A stretch of DNA of 64,000 bases from Eledone cirrhosa (GCA_964016885.1 OZ024741.1:231694001-231758000), one strand, 5' to 3'. Positions 1 through 12,545 are shown, numbered from the stretch's first letter. Notes: generated from the letters alone by a model not told the origin. Numbers and translations: made by a program.

Positions 1-639
1 AATTTACAACATATTTTTCCATTAGTTTAATAAATATTTATTTTTTAAACCATCTCATTCTATTTACACACATGAGAGACTAAAGTATTTGTTTTTATTA
101 TGTGTTCATGCACAGTTATATGATAGAAGTTTAATCTCTGTTTCTCCTTTCAGAATCATAAGTATATAATAATAGAAGGTAATATCAAATTTATTTTAGA
201 TATTTTAACTGCTCTTATACTGATTTATTTTTGTTTTTGATGGCGACTTCTGTCAATAGACTACTTGGATTATAGTTATTGAAAATCTAAGCGTTAACTG
301 CTTTTTCACCCTCATTCATACATCAAAATATAGGTTTCTATTTTAGGTACAAGGGCATCAGATTTAAGGAAAGGGCAATGCGCATTAAAACAATCCTTAT
401 CTTTCGTTGGTACTTTATGTACTCGAACAGTTTCACTATGGCTTGAAACGACGCTTGCAATATGAAAACAGTTAATATTAATTTGCATATAACCCAAGAA
501 AAATCTTTTTTATTATTACATCTTTGCAGTTGTTCCTGTAATAGGACGCAACCTGAAAATATATGATATTTTATACTTTTGTCACAAGACAGTGTTGATA
601 GAATTTTTTTGAGTAGTCGTTCACGAATTTGCTCTCTCT

Positions 640-685
640 GTGTCAAGGTTAACTTTGCCTTTCGCCTTTTCGAGATCCATTGAAA
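640..685 (+). mobile_element. Degenerate fragment of octopus-type tRNA-derived SINE core (paralog at ~29565-29610)
   Basis: AAGGTTAACTTTGCCTTTCGCCTTTTCGAGATC resembles the octopus SINE core GAGGTCGACTTTGCCTTTCATCCTTTCGGGGTCGAT as I recall it. Confidence 0.5.
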
Positions 686-1197
686 ATATTCCGGTCCCGT
701 ACTGCGTTTGATTCTACCTTTAGATATCCTTCACACTATACATCATCCTCACTGTCCCTTTCTCTCCTTGTCTGCAAAGTAGCGGCTGTCTTCAGACCTG
801 GAGAGAATACGGATTCTGTCGGGTTTAAATCCCCAAGTATCAAACTATGTTACTGTTGCTTCTCTACGATTCCATCAGGCGTTACATTTCCAAAAGGACA
901 CATTAAACTACACACACACATACACTCACACACATACATACACACATACACACACACACACATACACACACATACACATAAACACACCACACATATAAAC
1001 AGAAACGTCCATTGTCACGAGTAATATGATTGCTTCCTTCAGAGCAAGGAAAACATGATTATTATTCATGTCTTTAACGTGCTCATTTACTAAAGTTGTA
1101 GCCTAGTTTTCGCTGGAGTGTCAATCAGCTCCTGAATATTACTGGAATTCTATAAGAATCCAGCTTTTATAATTTTCGGTGGAAGCAGGGGTTGCGT

Positions 1198-1240
1198 GGC
1201 TCTGATGATCGCCAGCCAGCGTGGAACAGACTGTTCAGAT
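1198..1240 (+). ncRNA. Type-I hammerhead ribozyme motif, degenerate copy (GGAA in place of GAAA)
   Basis: ggct-CTGATGA-TCGC cagcca GCGT-GGAA-CAGACTG-TT; tandem paralog of 1513-1554. Confidence 0.5.
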
Positions 1241-1512
1241 GTCGCCCTTCTTTCGCCGAAGAGAAGTAAGTGACATAGGCACTACTTTAAAATAGATAGC
1301 GTATGGTCTTCTAAATGATTTTAATTAAACATACCGTATATTGCCAAATAACTAAACATACATTCATGTATACATCGCTATTTCATATCACCGATTCCAA
1401 TACCCAAGTTTTCGATGGACCGGAAATCGCTCTGTATAATTAGCTGTTGATTATTACTGGAAATCTATAAGAATCTAGTTTCTATAATTTTCGGCGGAAG
1501 CTGACTTTACCT

Positions 1513-1554
1513 GACTCTGATGATCGCCAACCAGCGTGAAACAGACTGTTAGCT
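1513..1554 (+). ncRNA. Minimal type-I hammerhead ribozyme
   Basis: gact-CTGATGA-T CGC caacca GCG T-GAA ACAG a CTGT-T|agct. Core intact, near-palindromic stem III, stem I imperfect; third copy at ~30099-30140. Confidence 0.65.
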
Positions 1555-1693
1555 TCTCTCCCTTCTTTCTCCGAAGAGAAGTAAGTGACATAGTTACTAC
1601 TTTAAAACCTATAGCGTATGGTCTTCTAAATGCTTTTACTTAAACATGAGGTATATTGCCTTATATATTTATATATTCATATATAAATTTAGA

Positions 1694-1839
<146 letters not shown>

Positions 1840-1991
1840 ATTTAAGTATCGAGAGAGAGAAAAGAAGAGTTAAGCGATACTTATATTAGTTGCCAATAGC
1901 TTGTGCAAATTTGCACAGTACTTGTGCCTACAGGGTTAAATATTAGAAGCGTTAATATCTAGCGGACGAGAATATAAGCAGAGAAGTTACA

Positions 1992-2549
1992 AGTGAAATG
2001 AATACAAAGGACTATATACCGTTAAAACATGTTTATATAAACATGTACCTACGTACGTTTCGCCCAAAAATGGCTTCTCAAGGGGAAATAAAACACAATA
2101 AATGATCAGTACGTGACCCAGGAGGGGTTTTAAAACCCCTCCTGCTCCACGAAAAGAGCATTTGTTTTACCTCTATGCCCTATAGTTTAAAGCGTATCAC
2201 TCAGAAGTTCCGGACTCTCAGCCAATGATGACATCGTTAGTGCCTCTGCTCCTTATTCCATCGATGCCCTTTCCTGCAGTGGCTTTAAACAAACGGTCAC
2301 TTATCTAGAAAACACACCAAGACAACTTAGGAGAAATAGGCATATGCTGGAAACTTGGTAAAACCACCCTCTTCCACCGAGATGATCAGTACGTGACACA
2401 GGAGGGGTTTTAAAACCCCTCCTGAGTCACGTACTGATCATTATTTTGTCTTTTATGCCCTTGAGAAGCCGTTTTTGGGCAAAATGTACGTAGGTGCACT
2501 TTTATATAAACATTTTTAACGGTATATACTCCTTTGTATTCATTTCACT

Positions 2550-2550
<1 letters not shown>
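1992..2550. mobile_element. Fold-back element: ~160-bp inverted arms (1992-2143 / 2383-2550) around a PLE fragment
   Basis: Arms are reverse complements. Spacer 2184-2380 is the reverse complement of PLE sequence at ~5510-5705. Each arm carries an HHR-like motif. Confidence 0.75.
2046..2085 (-). ncRNA. Hammerhead-like motif with U3-A8 core (UUGAGAA)
   Basis: Minus strand cc-TTGAGAA-GCC atttttg GGC-GAA A CGTACG T-A|gg; inverted copy at 2457-2497. Stem I is weak. Confidence 0.5.
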
Positions 2551-2614
<64 letters not shown>

Positions 2615-2618
<4 letters not shown>

Positions 2619-3720
2619 ATGAGAAGAATTGAGTGCTACGTGGTTGTACATGGGTTACATATGAAAAAAATAGTCCTTCATCAGTGACTTTCCAACCTTC
2701 ATTGGTATTTCATCGCTTTAAAAATCATATACCTCCAGTTGGTGCGAGCAATAGCTAAATAAAGCTATTGGGACAAGTAATATCGCATAAAGCGAGGAAG
2801 ACAATTAAACAAACATATAAGGTATAGCAACGGAAAGATAGGAAGAAACAAGCACGTAATATCCGTTCAGCTTAAGGTGGGTGAATTTCATTGGCGAGAG
2901 TGATAACAGACCGTCCGTCGTGAGTAAGGTGTGAGCGAGAAAGGACCCCACACAGGCCAAAAAGAGGAAATGAGAAGGGGAGAAGCAGAGAGAGAGTGAG
3001 TGGAAGTGCGAAGAAGGGGCCAGTCGAGAGAAAGTGTGACTGGCAGAGGGGGCGAAAGAAGGTGAGAGATACAGAGAGAGGGGGAAGCAGTAAGAGAGAA
3101 ACAGACAAACGCAGCTGGGGAAAATATATATAAAAACATGAGAAGAATTGAGTACTGCGTGGTTGCACATGGGTTACTGATGAAGGACTATTTTTTTCAT
3201 AAGTAACCCATGTGCAACCACGCAGCACTCAATTCTTCTCATGTTTTTATATATTTTTTCCCTAGCTGCCTTTGTCTGTTTCTCTCTTACCGCTTCCCCC
3301 CTCTCTCTGTATCTCTCACATTCTTCGCCCCCTCTGTCAGTCACACTTTCTCTCGACTGGCCTCTTCTTCGCACTTACACTCACTCACTCTCTGCTTCTC
3401 CCCTTCTCACTTCCTACCGTTTGGCCTGTGTGGGATCCTTTCTCGCTCACACCTTACTCACGACGGACGGTCTGTTGTCTCTCTCGCCGATGAAATTCAC
3501 CCAGATTAAGCTGAACGGATATCATGTGCTTGTTTCTTCCTATTTTTACGTTGCTATAACTTATGTTTGTTTAATTGTCTCGCTCGCTTTACGCGATATT
3601 ACTTGTCCCAATAGCTTTATTTAGCTATCGCTCGCACCAACTGGAGGTATATGATTTTTCAAGCGATGAAATACCAATGAAGGTTGAAAAATCACTGATG
3701 AAGGACTATTTTTTTCATAT
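2615..3720. repeat. ~520-bp-arm inverted repeat (GA/CT-rich), probable PLE pseudo-LTR fold-back between (TA)n tracts
   Basis: 2653-3176 is the reverse complement of ~3205-3720 with scattered mismatches; arms end in CTGATGAAGGACTATTTTTTTCAT. Confidence 0.85.
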
Positions 3721-3914
3721 ATATATATTTATTTATTTATTAAAATAACAGATTAATGTTTGAGAAGATCTCATTAAGGGTGAAAACAGCGATTCTTTGC
3801 TGAAACTTTAATCAGTTATTTTAATAAATATTTTCTCTACGGTTCTTATATATTTGATATATATTTATCCTTATCGAGTCCTCTTTGGATTTTAGTCTTC
3901 AAATTTATAATTAT

Positions 3915-4017
<103 letters not shown>

Positions 4018-4229
4018 AATAAAAGGCAGAGTTAATAACTCATACTGATACTCTGTAATATGCTTCTGGTTAAATCTTTCAAACAAATGTGGTATTTCAA
4101 CCCTCGTAGGTTTAAACACACGATTTGCTGTGTTTATCATTACATATATTATATATATATATATATAAGAGTGTATTGACGTTTGCTTGAAGCATTGTGG
4201 AATAATAAGGTATATTTCTTTAAGACGTT

Positions 4230-5290
4230 TAGGAAGCCTCGACAATGCAGATGGGTAAATCTCCGAGTAACAAGATCCGGTGGTGGCGAGAGAGATGTAA
4301 GTGAGTGTACGTTGAGATGTGTAGCGTGTAGAAGAATGTAGGAAAGAGCGTAAAGGATAAAAATAATAACACGAGATAGAGTTACCTTGGGGTGATTTAA
4401 TTGTCCCTATATATTTCGGATTCACGTCCATCAACTGAGGGGAGGGGGGTTCCGGGGGGCGGGGATTGTCTGTCGGAAAGGTGCGAAACGTGTTCTCCGC
4501 TGTTCGTTGTTTTGAATAACTGAGGTATTCAGCAAAGCGCGCGTGCGCGGGAAATGGGGTCGGTAAAGCAGAGGTCGAGGCCTAAATAGTTCTTTGCAAT
4601 TGTGGGAGTGAGGTGGCGTTAGCTGTCAGTCCATAGTATTCTCTGCCTGTTTGGTGAATGTGACTGTGTGTGTGTGTGTGTGTGCGTGTGTTGTTGCCTC
4701 CGTCTGTATTGGCAGTGTAGTATGTTCGTATGCGGAATGCTACTGTGTGTGTGCGTGCGTGTGTTGCTGTCTCGCTTATGTGTGTGTGCGTGTGTTGCTG
4801 CATCGTTTGTTTATTTAAACCAACCACCTCATTTCGCTTCTCACGGATCGGTTGTTTATTTGTGGCCCTAGGCGTTTGATCCAAAGTGCTTCCTTGATTC
4901 GTAATGTGCCGACGTTTCTTTCTGTCACTAGAAATATGACAATGGGCCTTCCGTCTTTGTTTCCGCATTTGGCTATGTGTTTCCGGAAAGACGAGGCCCT
5001 GGTGTTAGTGTGCTCCTTGATCCCGATGTGCAGCGGCCGGATTGTGCTACCTATATAGTATTGGTTGCACTTGTTACACTATATCTCATACACGACGTGT
5101 GTACGTAGGCAACAGTTCGTATGGTGCATCGGACAGTCTCTGAGGGAGCACGCGTCAGTTGATTTCCCGTGTTTCCTGGAGAGGCATCTTCGCAGAGAGG
5201 GGCCCGAGTGGGCCAGGTGCATGTCAAGGCCCTCCCTCCGTATAGCCTTGCGGATGGCCTTGGTGGTATTTTCGCCCAGGTCTGGTATTT
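4230..5290 (-). mobile_element. Penelope-like element 3' fragment: GIY-YIG endonuclease (4815-5290, one in-frame stop) plus 3' non-coding region
   Basis: Manual minus-strand translation: CSLRDCPMHHTNCCLRTHVVYEI*CNKCNQYYIGSTIRPLHIGIKEH...TLRIKEALWIKRLGPQIN; degenerate HHR-like motif at ~4404-4445. Confidence 0.8.
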
Positions 5291-5314
5291 TAAAGAAAAA
5301 AAAATATATATATA

Positions 5315-6440
5315 TATATTATGGGTATAACCCACCGGTTTTTAAAACCGTTGGAAGTCATTCCGATATATGTATTTTTGTTGTCATCAGTACCTGAGGC
5401 GACATCACATTTATATACGATCTTGTTCGTCAGGCATTTGTTTTCGAGAGGACAAGTGTTTATTCAGCAATGTGAAGGAAGTCCTAACTATTGGTATAGA
5501 GACATCGTTGAAGGGGGTGTGTTGTACCAAGTTTCCTACATATGTCTATTTCTCCTAATTTTTCTTTGGGTGTTTTCTAGATATGTGATCATTTGTTTAA
5601 AGCCACTGCAGGAAAGGGCGTCGATGGAATAAGGGGCAGAGTCACTAAAGATGTCTTCATTGGCTGAGAGACAATATATTCTGAGTGATACGCTTTTAAC
5701 TAAATTGTCTGTGATATTTTTGAGGTGGACGAACTAAAATCTGTGTATCTCAGGAATTCAAAAGGTTTGTGGTACAGGTAATAGAGGGTAGTATCAAAAT
5801 CTAGAGTGACATCTAAAAACTTAGCCCTAATCTCATTTGAATCTATGGTTATTCTAAAGCCTACATTACGGAAGAACAATCTTAAGTTTCTCCGAAACCC
5901 GTCAGTGGTTCTGCGGTTTATTTTGTGGAAGGCAACAAGGCCAGCATCTCCAAATAATCCTCCGGTTAGGTTCGTGAAGAGGATATTCATGGTGTGTAAG
6001 ATTTACAGGCCCACGAGGTCGCTAACTTCAGCCCCCTCACTTGCTCCCATGCTGGCGTTAAAAGGGATCTTAGACTTCTTCTTAATTCAGTAAAATCCCT
6101 CGTAGTTTATAAAGGTCTTACGGACGTGGAGGATCATATCCGGCTCATCGTCGGTGATGGTGGTAACATTCCTGGCAAAAACAAGTGGTTCCTTCAGTAG
6201 AGGCTCTGAGATAGAAACTTAGTAGTCTTCAACGTCCAGTTGCAGAACGCGGGTGTTACGTTTATCGGGCAATTCTTGTAACTAAGAGATTGCCTTAGTG
6301 GTTCTGCCCCAGAGTGGGAGAGGTGAGGGCGCACGCAGCGGAGGTAGTATTCCATAAGGGATCTTTTTGCAGATCGAACCGATGTCCGAACGTATGGGGT
6401 TGATCAGTCTAACCAACGGTTGTGAGTCTAAATATGGTTT
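5315..6440 (-). mobile_element. Degenerate Penelope-like RT plus start of GIY-YIG (Naiad-like lineage)
   Basis: Motifs VRLINPIRSDIGSI, LQLDVEDY, MGASEGAEVSDLVG, GLFGDAGL (from GLYRDDGL), KFLDVTLD, NKCLTNKIVY..YIGMT; stops and deletions. Confidence 0.85.
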
Positions 6441-6534
6441 CTAAAGAATTCACTTTTCTTTAAATCCTTCAACCAATGAATGCACCCATTCCAACAGAAA
6501 ATGTATAAGTACTACCATATGACTTGGACAGTCG

Positions 6535-6582
6535 GTTTCCTGATGATTTCATCCAATGAAACAGTTCTAGTGCTGTAGAAGC
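6535..6582 (+). ncRNA. Type-I hammerhead motif in an inverted segment at the 5' end of the PLE
   Basis: gtttc-CTGATGA-tttcatccaat-GAA ACAG ttctagtg CTGT-A|gaagc; stems I and III pair, stem II weak; related to 39537-39630. Confidence 0.6.
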
Positions 6583-6600
6583 AATTTCTATATTAAATAA

Positions 6601-7290
<690 letters not shown>

Positions 7291-7360
7291 AGAATTCTCA
7301 TATTTATATATATAAATATAGTGACGAAACATAAGTCAATGAAATCATAATCCTTTATTT

Positions 7361-7416
7361 ACTGCTATATATATTTCGATGATAGCCATTGAATGGCTAT
7401 GACCTCATCAGGCAGT
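7361..7416 (-). ncRNA. Canonical minimal type-I hammerhead ribozyme
   Basis: ACTGC-CTGATGA-GGT c ATAGCCA ttcaa TGGCTAT c ATC-GAA A TATATA T-A|GCAGT; perfect stem I, palindromic stem III loop. Confidence 0.85.
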
Positions 7417-8339
7417 TAGTCAGTTCTTAGATATGCCAGCTCTGTGTTTATAGTGTTGATAGTATCAGAGCCTTGGGACATATGAGCTTGTTAGGAATAA
7501 TTTAATGTTGTTAGCAGGAATAGTCTTAATTCTCATTGGTCAGTTTGTAGATGCTAGTAGGGTTGGTATTTGACCTGAAAGATGCAGGTGGTGTTGTAAA
7601 TTTCAAACCGTCAGGCAAGATGACAATAGTTCTATATGACTGATTTTCACAAAAAGCATTCCTGGTCAGATATATATTCAATTAAGATAAATAGTATGAA
7701 ATAGATACTACAGGTCATTCTTAAATTGAAGAATTTATGTGGAGTGGTGCTACTGAAATTTATGGTTAAAGTATAAAATTTACAAATAAAAAGACTTATG
7801 TAGGTTGGCTTGCACGTACACTCACACCCACCTCTACAGACACACGCACACATCCACACATACAAAATGTGGGGTGGTAATACTTAAAATAATGGTTAGA
7901 GTTCAATACTTAGATAGTTTTAAAAAATTAGAAATAAAAGGCTTATGCTGGTTGAGTTGTACATACACTCACACCTACCCCCCCCCCCAGACACACACAC
8001 ATCTACACACACAAATCCATACAGGTGCGTATATATATATATGTATGCATGTATGTACGCACAAGTATATATATATATAAAATATAAATATATACACAGA
8101 ACATACATATATATCAAATATATATATATAAAATATATATATATACATAAAATATATACACATATAAAATAGATACACACATAAAACATATATATATATA
8201 TATATACAAAAATACACATACATATACATATGTATATAAAATATATACATATATATACATATATATAACATACACATATATACACATATAAAATATATAT
8301 ATATATATACACACATGATATATATATATATATAAAATC

Positions 8340-9975
8340 AGGTTCAATAAAACGTGGTATTGATGTCTCCTAACCAGTAGAGGATCCGCTAGACCATCCA
8401 CCAGAGGGACCACAACACAAACTATGGGTGGTTGTTGTTGTCCATTGGTCATTGGTACGGGGCGTAGGGGACCTACGGGGGGGGGGGCGTTGTGGGGGGG
8501 CCGTAATCGGGGTTTATCCATATAGCTTGAGGAAAGTTCCCGTCCTTAGGTGTCTGCAGGCACCGAATAAGTCGGCCCTTCTGTTTAATAGCTTGGTTCC
8601 GCAATGAAGAATCTCGAGTGTCTGACTAAGACAGAGGTTGCAAATATCAGACCCGCCTCTGTCTGGGGGAACCTTTCTAACCAAGGACCAGACCAGAGAG
8701 TGCGGGGTCTTTTCAAGTTTGAGCTTCCAAATCAATTCAGAAAGGGCCGTACATTTCCTCTTATCTATTCTGTTAAAGGAATAGCGATGGTTATACCACC
8801 GATCTTTGAAGCTCGTCGCTGTGGATCCTATGTAGTGGTGGACCGAGTTAGGGGTTGTGACCTTGCAACTGTAGACTACGTTTTTCATCATGCATTCATT
8901 ACTAAGGGGGCATAGTGATGGGTCTCTGCAATTACATGACTTCTTAAGCCCCACCACATGTACCGCGTAGTTACCATCACTCGTCGGGGTTGGCTGGATA
9001 GCCTCCGCAATCAGCACAGGGTCGTTGGGTTCCGATGTTGTAGTTGGGCCTGTCCGGGTTCCGGTGCGTCCAGCGTGCTGGTTCTGTTGGGTGGCTCCAG
9101 AGTTTACGGTGGTATTAGAGGCAGTGAGCCTATTCCTATTTATGCCAGCTATGAGCTGGGCTACGGAGCGTGTGGTTGAGTAGGAAAGTTTCAGCGTGTG
9201 CCGGTTGAATATTTTCTGGTACTTGTGGGCCCTAGGGAAACATTTATCCAGTACTCTAAAGAATGTTCTACCCAGGCTAGTACGTAGACCCACCGTGTAC
9301 GGAGGGTTATACCATGTGACCTTCCTTGTCCTATTCTTGCGGGGTTGTTGGGTGTCCGCCGTGGGCCATCGCGTGGTTGTGCACAGCTCAGGTCGAGCTC
9401 GGTTGGTGTCAATCAGGTGTGTGGAGCGGTCACTATCATGAGGGTTATATGGGCCCACCGTGGGGCTATAAACCTGCGAGGTGCGGCCTTCCTGCTCAAT
9501 TAGGGTCCGGCGGATGGTGGGGCCGGTGTACGGGTGCCAATGATCCGCAGAACAGTGGTCTTCAGCGTTGCAGGAATTAGACCGGTGAGTTATGCGGGGC
9601 CTTCTACCGAGGGTGGTGACGGATAGGGGTCTGGGAGTGTTACTACTGGTCTCCAAGGTATTAGGTGTGCGACTCATGCCCCTGAGGGTATTGGTCCGGG
9701 GTACCCTTGGGTCATCTCGATCATGTCCCTTAGGGTTATAGCTGATCCTATGGCTGTGGGACGCCCTAGCTAGCGCTGAGTTATAGTAATCAGCGTTACT
9801 ATTGAAGATCTCTTTATTGGCCGACAAGTTAAAGATCCTGTCAGAGACACTCTTAACTACGGCCTTAACTATTGATCTAGGGTGATTAGACCCAGCGTTG
9901 ATATACACCAGCTTCTCATAGGGTTTATGATATGGGTGGTGTAGCTTGGTGTTGAGGCTGAAGGTGGTCTCCAGG

Positions 9976-9980
<5 letters not shown>
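8340..9980 (-). mobile_element. 5'-truncated Penelope-like element (Naiad-like): RT thumb, linker and GIY-YIG in a continuous ORF (8514-~9980)
   Basis: NFLETTFSL..PYHKP..YINAGSNHP, WYNPPY, KIFNRHTLKLSYS, CNCRDPSLCPLSNECMMKNVVY..YIGST..FKDRWYNH, CNLC, LLNRR..CRH; flanked by (TA)n. Confidence 0.92.
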
Positions 9981-10024
<44 letters not shown>

Positions 10025-10080
10025 GACGTAAAATAAGAAAATTTAAAAAATTAAAAATTAACTTACTTACTAAAATTTTC

Positions 10081-10162
10081 ACTCCAACTAATTAGTTTCT
10101 GTAATGGGATAAAGATAGTTACGCAATGTAACCATCGAGAATTCATTACGTCATCAGGGAGT
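10081..10162 (-). ncRNA. Type-I hammerhead ribozyme with long stem II (copies at 10614-10695 and 11147-11228)
   Basis: ACTCC-CTGATGA-c GTAATG..GATGGTTAC attgc GTAACTATC..CATTAC a-GAA ACTAATTAGT-T|GGAGT. Confidence 0.78.
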
Positions 10163-11715
10163 CTATTCTCAGCTAAGTCTCCAGGCAATGCGCGGACACT
10201 AGGGACTCGTATAAAAATAATAATTCGGTGGATGGAACAGCTAGCGGGGACTGATTTCCATAGCACTGAAAAAGTTCACTGTCTCTGGTCAAGTGGCAGA
10301 TTCTAAAGAATCAATCACGTGACACTGAGGCTAGTCAGAAGGAGTGGGATGGTATAATGACAAGAGCCTACTACTACTACATGAATTAGTAGTGAATTTG
10401 GCAAGTTTGCTCAATAAATAAATAATTTGGGGATAAATATAGAGAATTAGTATATTTACCAACATATGCGTACAGATGTACACTAATGCTAGCAAATACA
10501 TAAGTTATGTCATAGTACCTCGGTGGTTCAATGCAGGGGAATGCAGAACAATTATATGAAAGACGTAAAATAAGAAAATTTTAAAAATTAAAAATTAACT
10601 TACTAAAATTTTCACTCCAACTAATTAGTTTCTGTAATGGGATAAAGATAGTTACGCAATGTAACCATCGAGAATTCATTACGTCATCAGGGAGTCTATC
10701 CTCAGCTAAGTCTCCAGCCAATGCGCGGACACTAGGGACTCGTATAAAAATAATAATTCGGTGGATGGAACAGCTAGCGGGGACTGAATTCCATAGCACT
10801 GAAAAAGTTCACTGTCCCTGGTCAAGTGGCAGATTCTAAAGAATCAATCACGTGACACTGAGTGTAGTCAGATGGAGTGGGATGGTATAATGACAAGAGC
10901 CTACTACTACTACGTGAATTAGTAGTGCATTTGGCAAGTTTGCTCAACAAATAAATAATTTGGAGATAAATATAGAGAATTAGTATATTTACCAACATAT
11001 GCGTACATATGTACACTAATGTTAGCAAATACATAAGTTATGTCATAGTACCTAGGTGGTTCAATGCAGGGGGATGCAGAACAATTATGTGAAAGACGTA
11101 AAATAAGAAAATTTTAAAAATTAAAAATTAACTTACTAAAATTTTCGCTCCAACTAATTAGTTTCTGTAATGGGATAAAGATATTTACGCAATGTAACCA
11201 TCGATAATTCATTACGTCATCAGGGAGTCTATTCTCAGTTAAGTCTCCAGGCAATGCGCGGACACTAGGGACTCGTATAAAAATAATAATTTTAAAAATT
11301 TTCTTATTTTACGTCTTTCATATAATTGTTCTACATCCCCCTGCATTGAACCACCTAGGTACTATGACATAACTTATGTATTTGATAGCATTAGTGTACA
11401 TCTGTACGCATATGTTGGTAAATATACTAATTCTCTATATTGATCTCCAAATTATTTATTTGTTGAGCAAACTTGCCAAACCCACTACTAATTCATTGTA
11501 GTAGTAGTAGGCTCTTGTCATTATAGCATCCCACTCCTTCTGACTAGCCTCAGTGTCACGTGATTGATTCTTTAGAATCTGCCACTTGACCAGAGACAGT
11601 GAACTTTTTCAGTGCTATGGAAGTCAGTCCCCGATAGCTGTTCCATCCACCGAATTATTATTTTTATACGAGTCCCTAGTGTCCGCGCATTGCCAGGAGA
11701 CTTAGCTGAGAATAG

Positions 11716-11797
11716 ACTCCCTGATGACGTAATGAATTCTCGATGGTTACATTGCGTAATTATCTTTATCCTATTACAGAAACTAATTAGTTGGAGT
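11716..11797 (+). ncRNA. Type-I hammerhead ribozyme, inverted copy of the 533-bp unit
   Basis: actcc CTGATGA cgtaatg...tattaca GAAACTAATTAGTT ggagt. Confidence 0.75.
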
Positions 11798-11982
11798 GAC
11801 AATTTTAGTAAGTAAGTTAATTTTTTATTTTTAAAATGTTCTTATTTTACGTCTTTCATATAATTGGTCTGCATCCCCCTGCATTGAACCACCTAGGTAC
11901 TATGACATAACTTATGTATTTGCTAGCATTAGTGTACATCTGTACGCATATGTTGGTAAATATACTAATTCTCTCTCTCTCG

Positions 11983-12024
<42 letters not shown>

Positions 12025-12026
<2 letters not shown>

Positions 12027-12300
12027 TAAGGCGGGTAAAATTCCCGAGATCCATGGCCGAGTTCTCTCCAGCGGTCTCTGTCCCTCATTATCGCTGCCAT
12101 GTCCTGCGTCTCCAAGTCTCCAATAGTCCAGTGTCTGTCCTTAGGGCATCAACATACGTTAACTTTGGTCTTCCTCTTCAAGTGTGTCCATGTAGGGGCT
12201 CCAAAAGGAGCACTGAGTGCAATGTTAACTCTGGATGTCGGTGAGCATGTCCAGCTAACCTCAGTCTCCTCTGTGTCACTTTTGAGCTGACTTTTGGGAT
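12025..12300 (-). mobile_element. 3' fragment of an RTE/RTE-X-like LINE (shorter copy at ~38812-38950)
   Basis: QRRLRLAGHAHRHPEL..VLLLEP..RGRPKLTYVD..DRDRWR, a typical LINE ORF2 C-terminus, ending at (TA)n. Confidence 0.7.
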
Positions 12301-12304
12301 TATA

Positions 12305-12545
12305 TATATATAGTAATTATATATATATAGTAATAATATAGTAATATATATTAATAATATAGTAATATATAGTAATAATGTAGTAATATATAGTAATATA
12401 TAGTAATATATAGTAATAATATAGTAATATATAGTAATATATAGTGATAATATAGTAATATATAGTAATAATATAGTAATAATATAGTAATAATATATAG
12501 TAATAATATAGTAATATATAGTAATAATATAGTAATAATAATAAA
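12305..12545. repeat. TAGTAATATA-type minisatellite
   Basis: Seen directly. Confidence 0.9.

Larger units (their letters stand above)
10019..11972. repeat. Tandem 533-bp HHR-containing repeat (~2.4 units) followed by ~1.3 inverted units; retrozyme or pseudo-LTR array
   Basis: Units start at ~10019, 10557 and 11090; inversion junction ~11291; no coding capacity. Confidence 0.9.
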
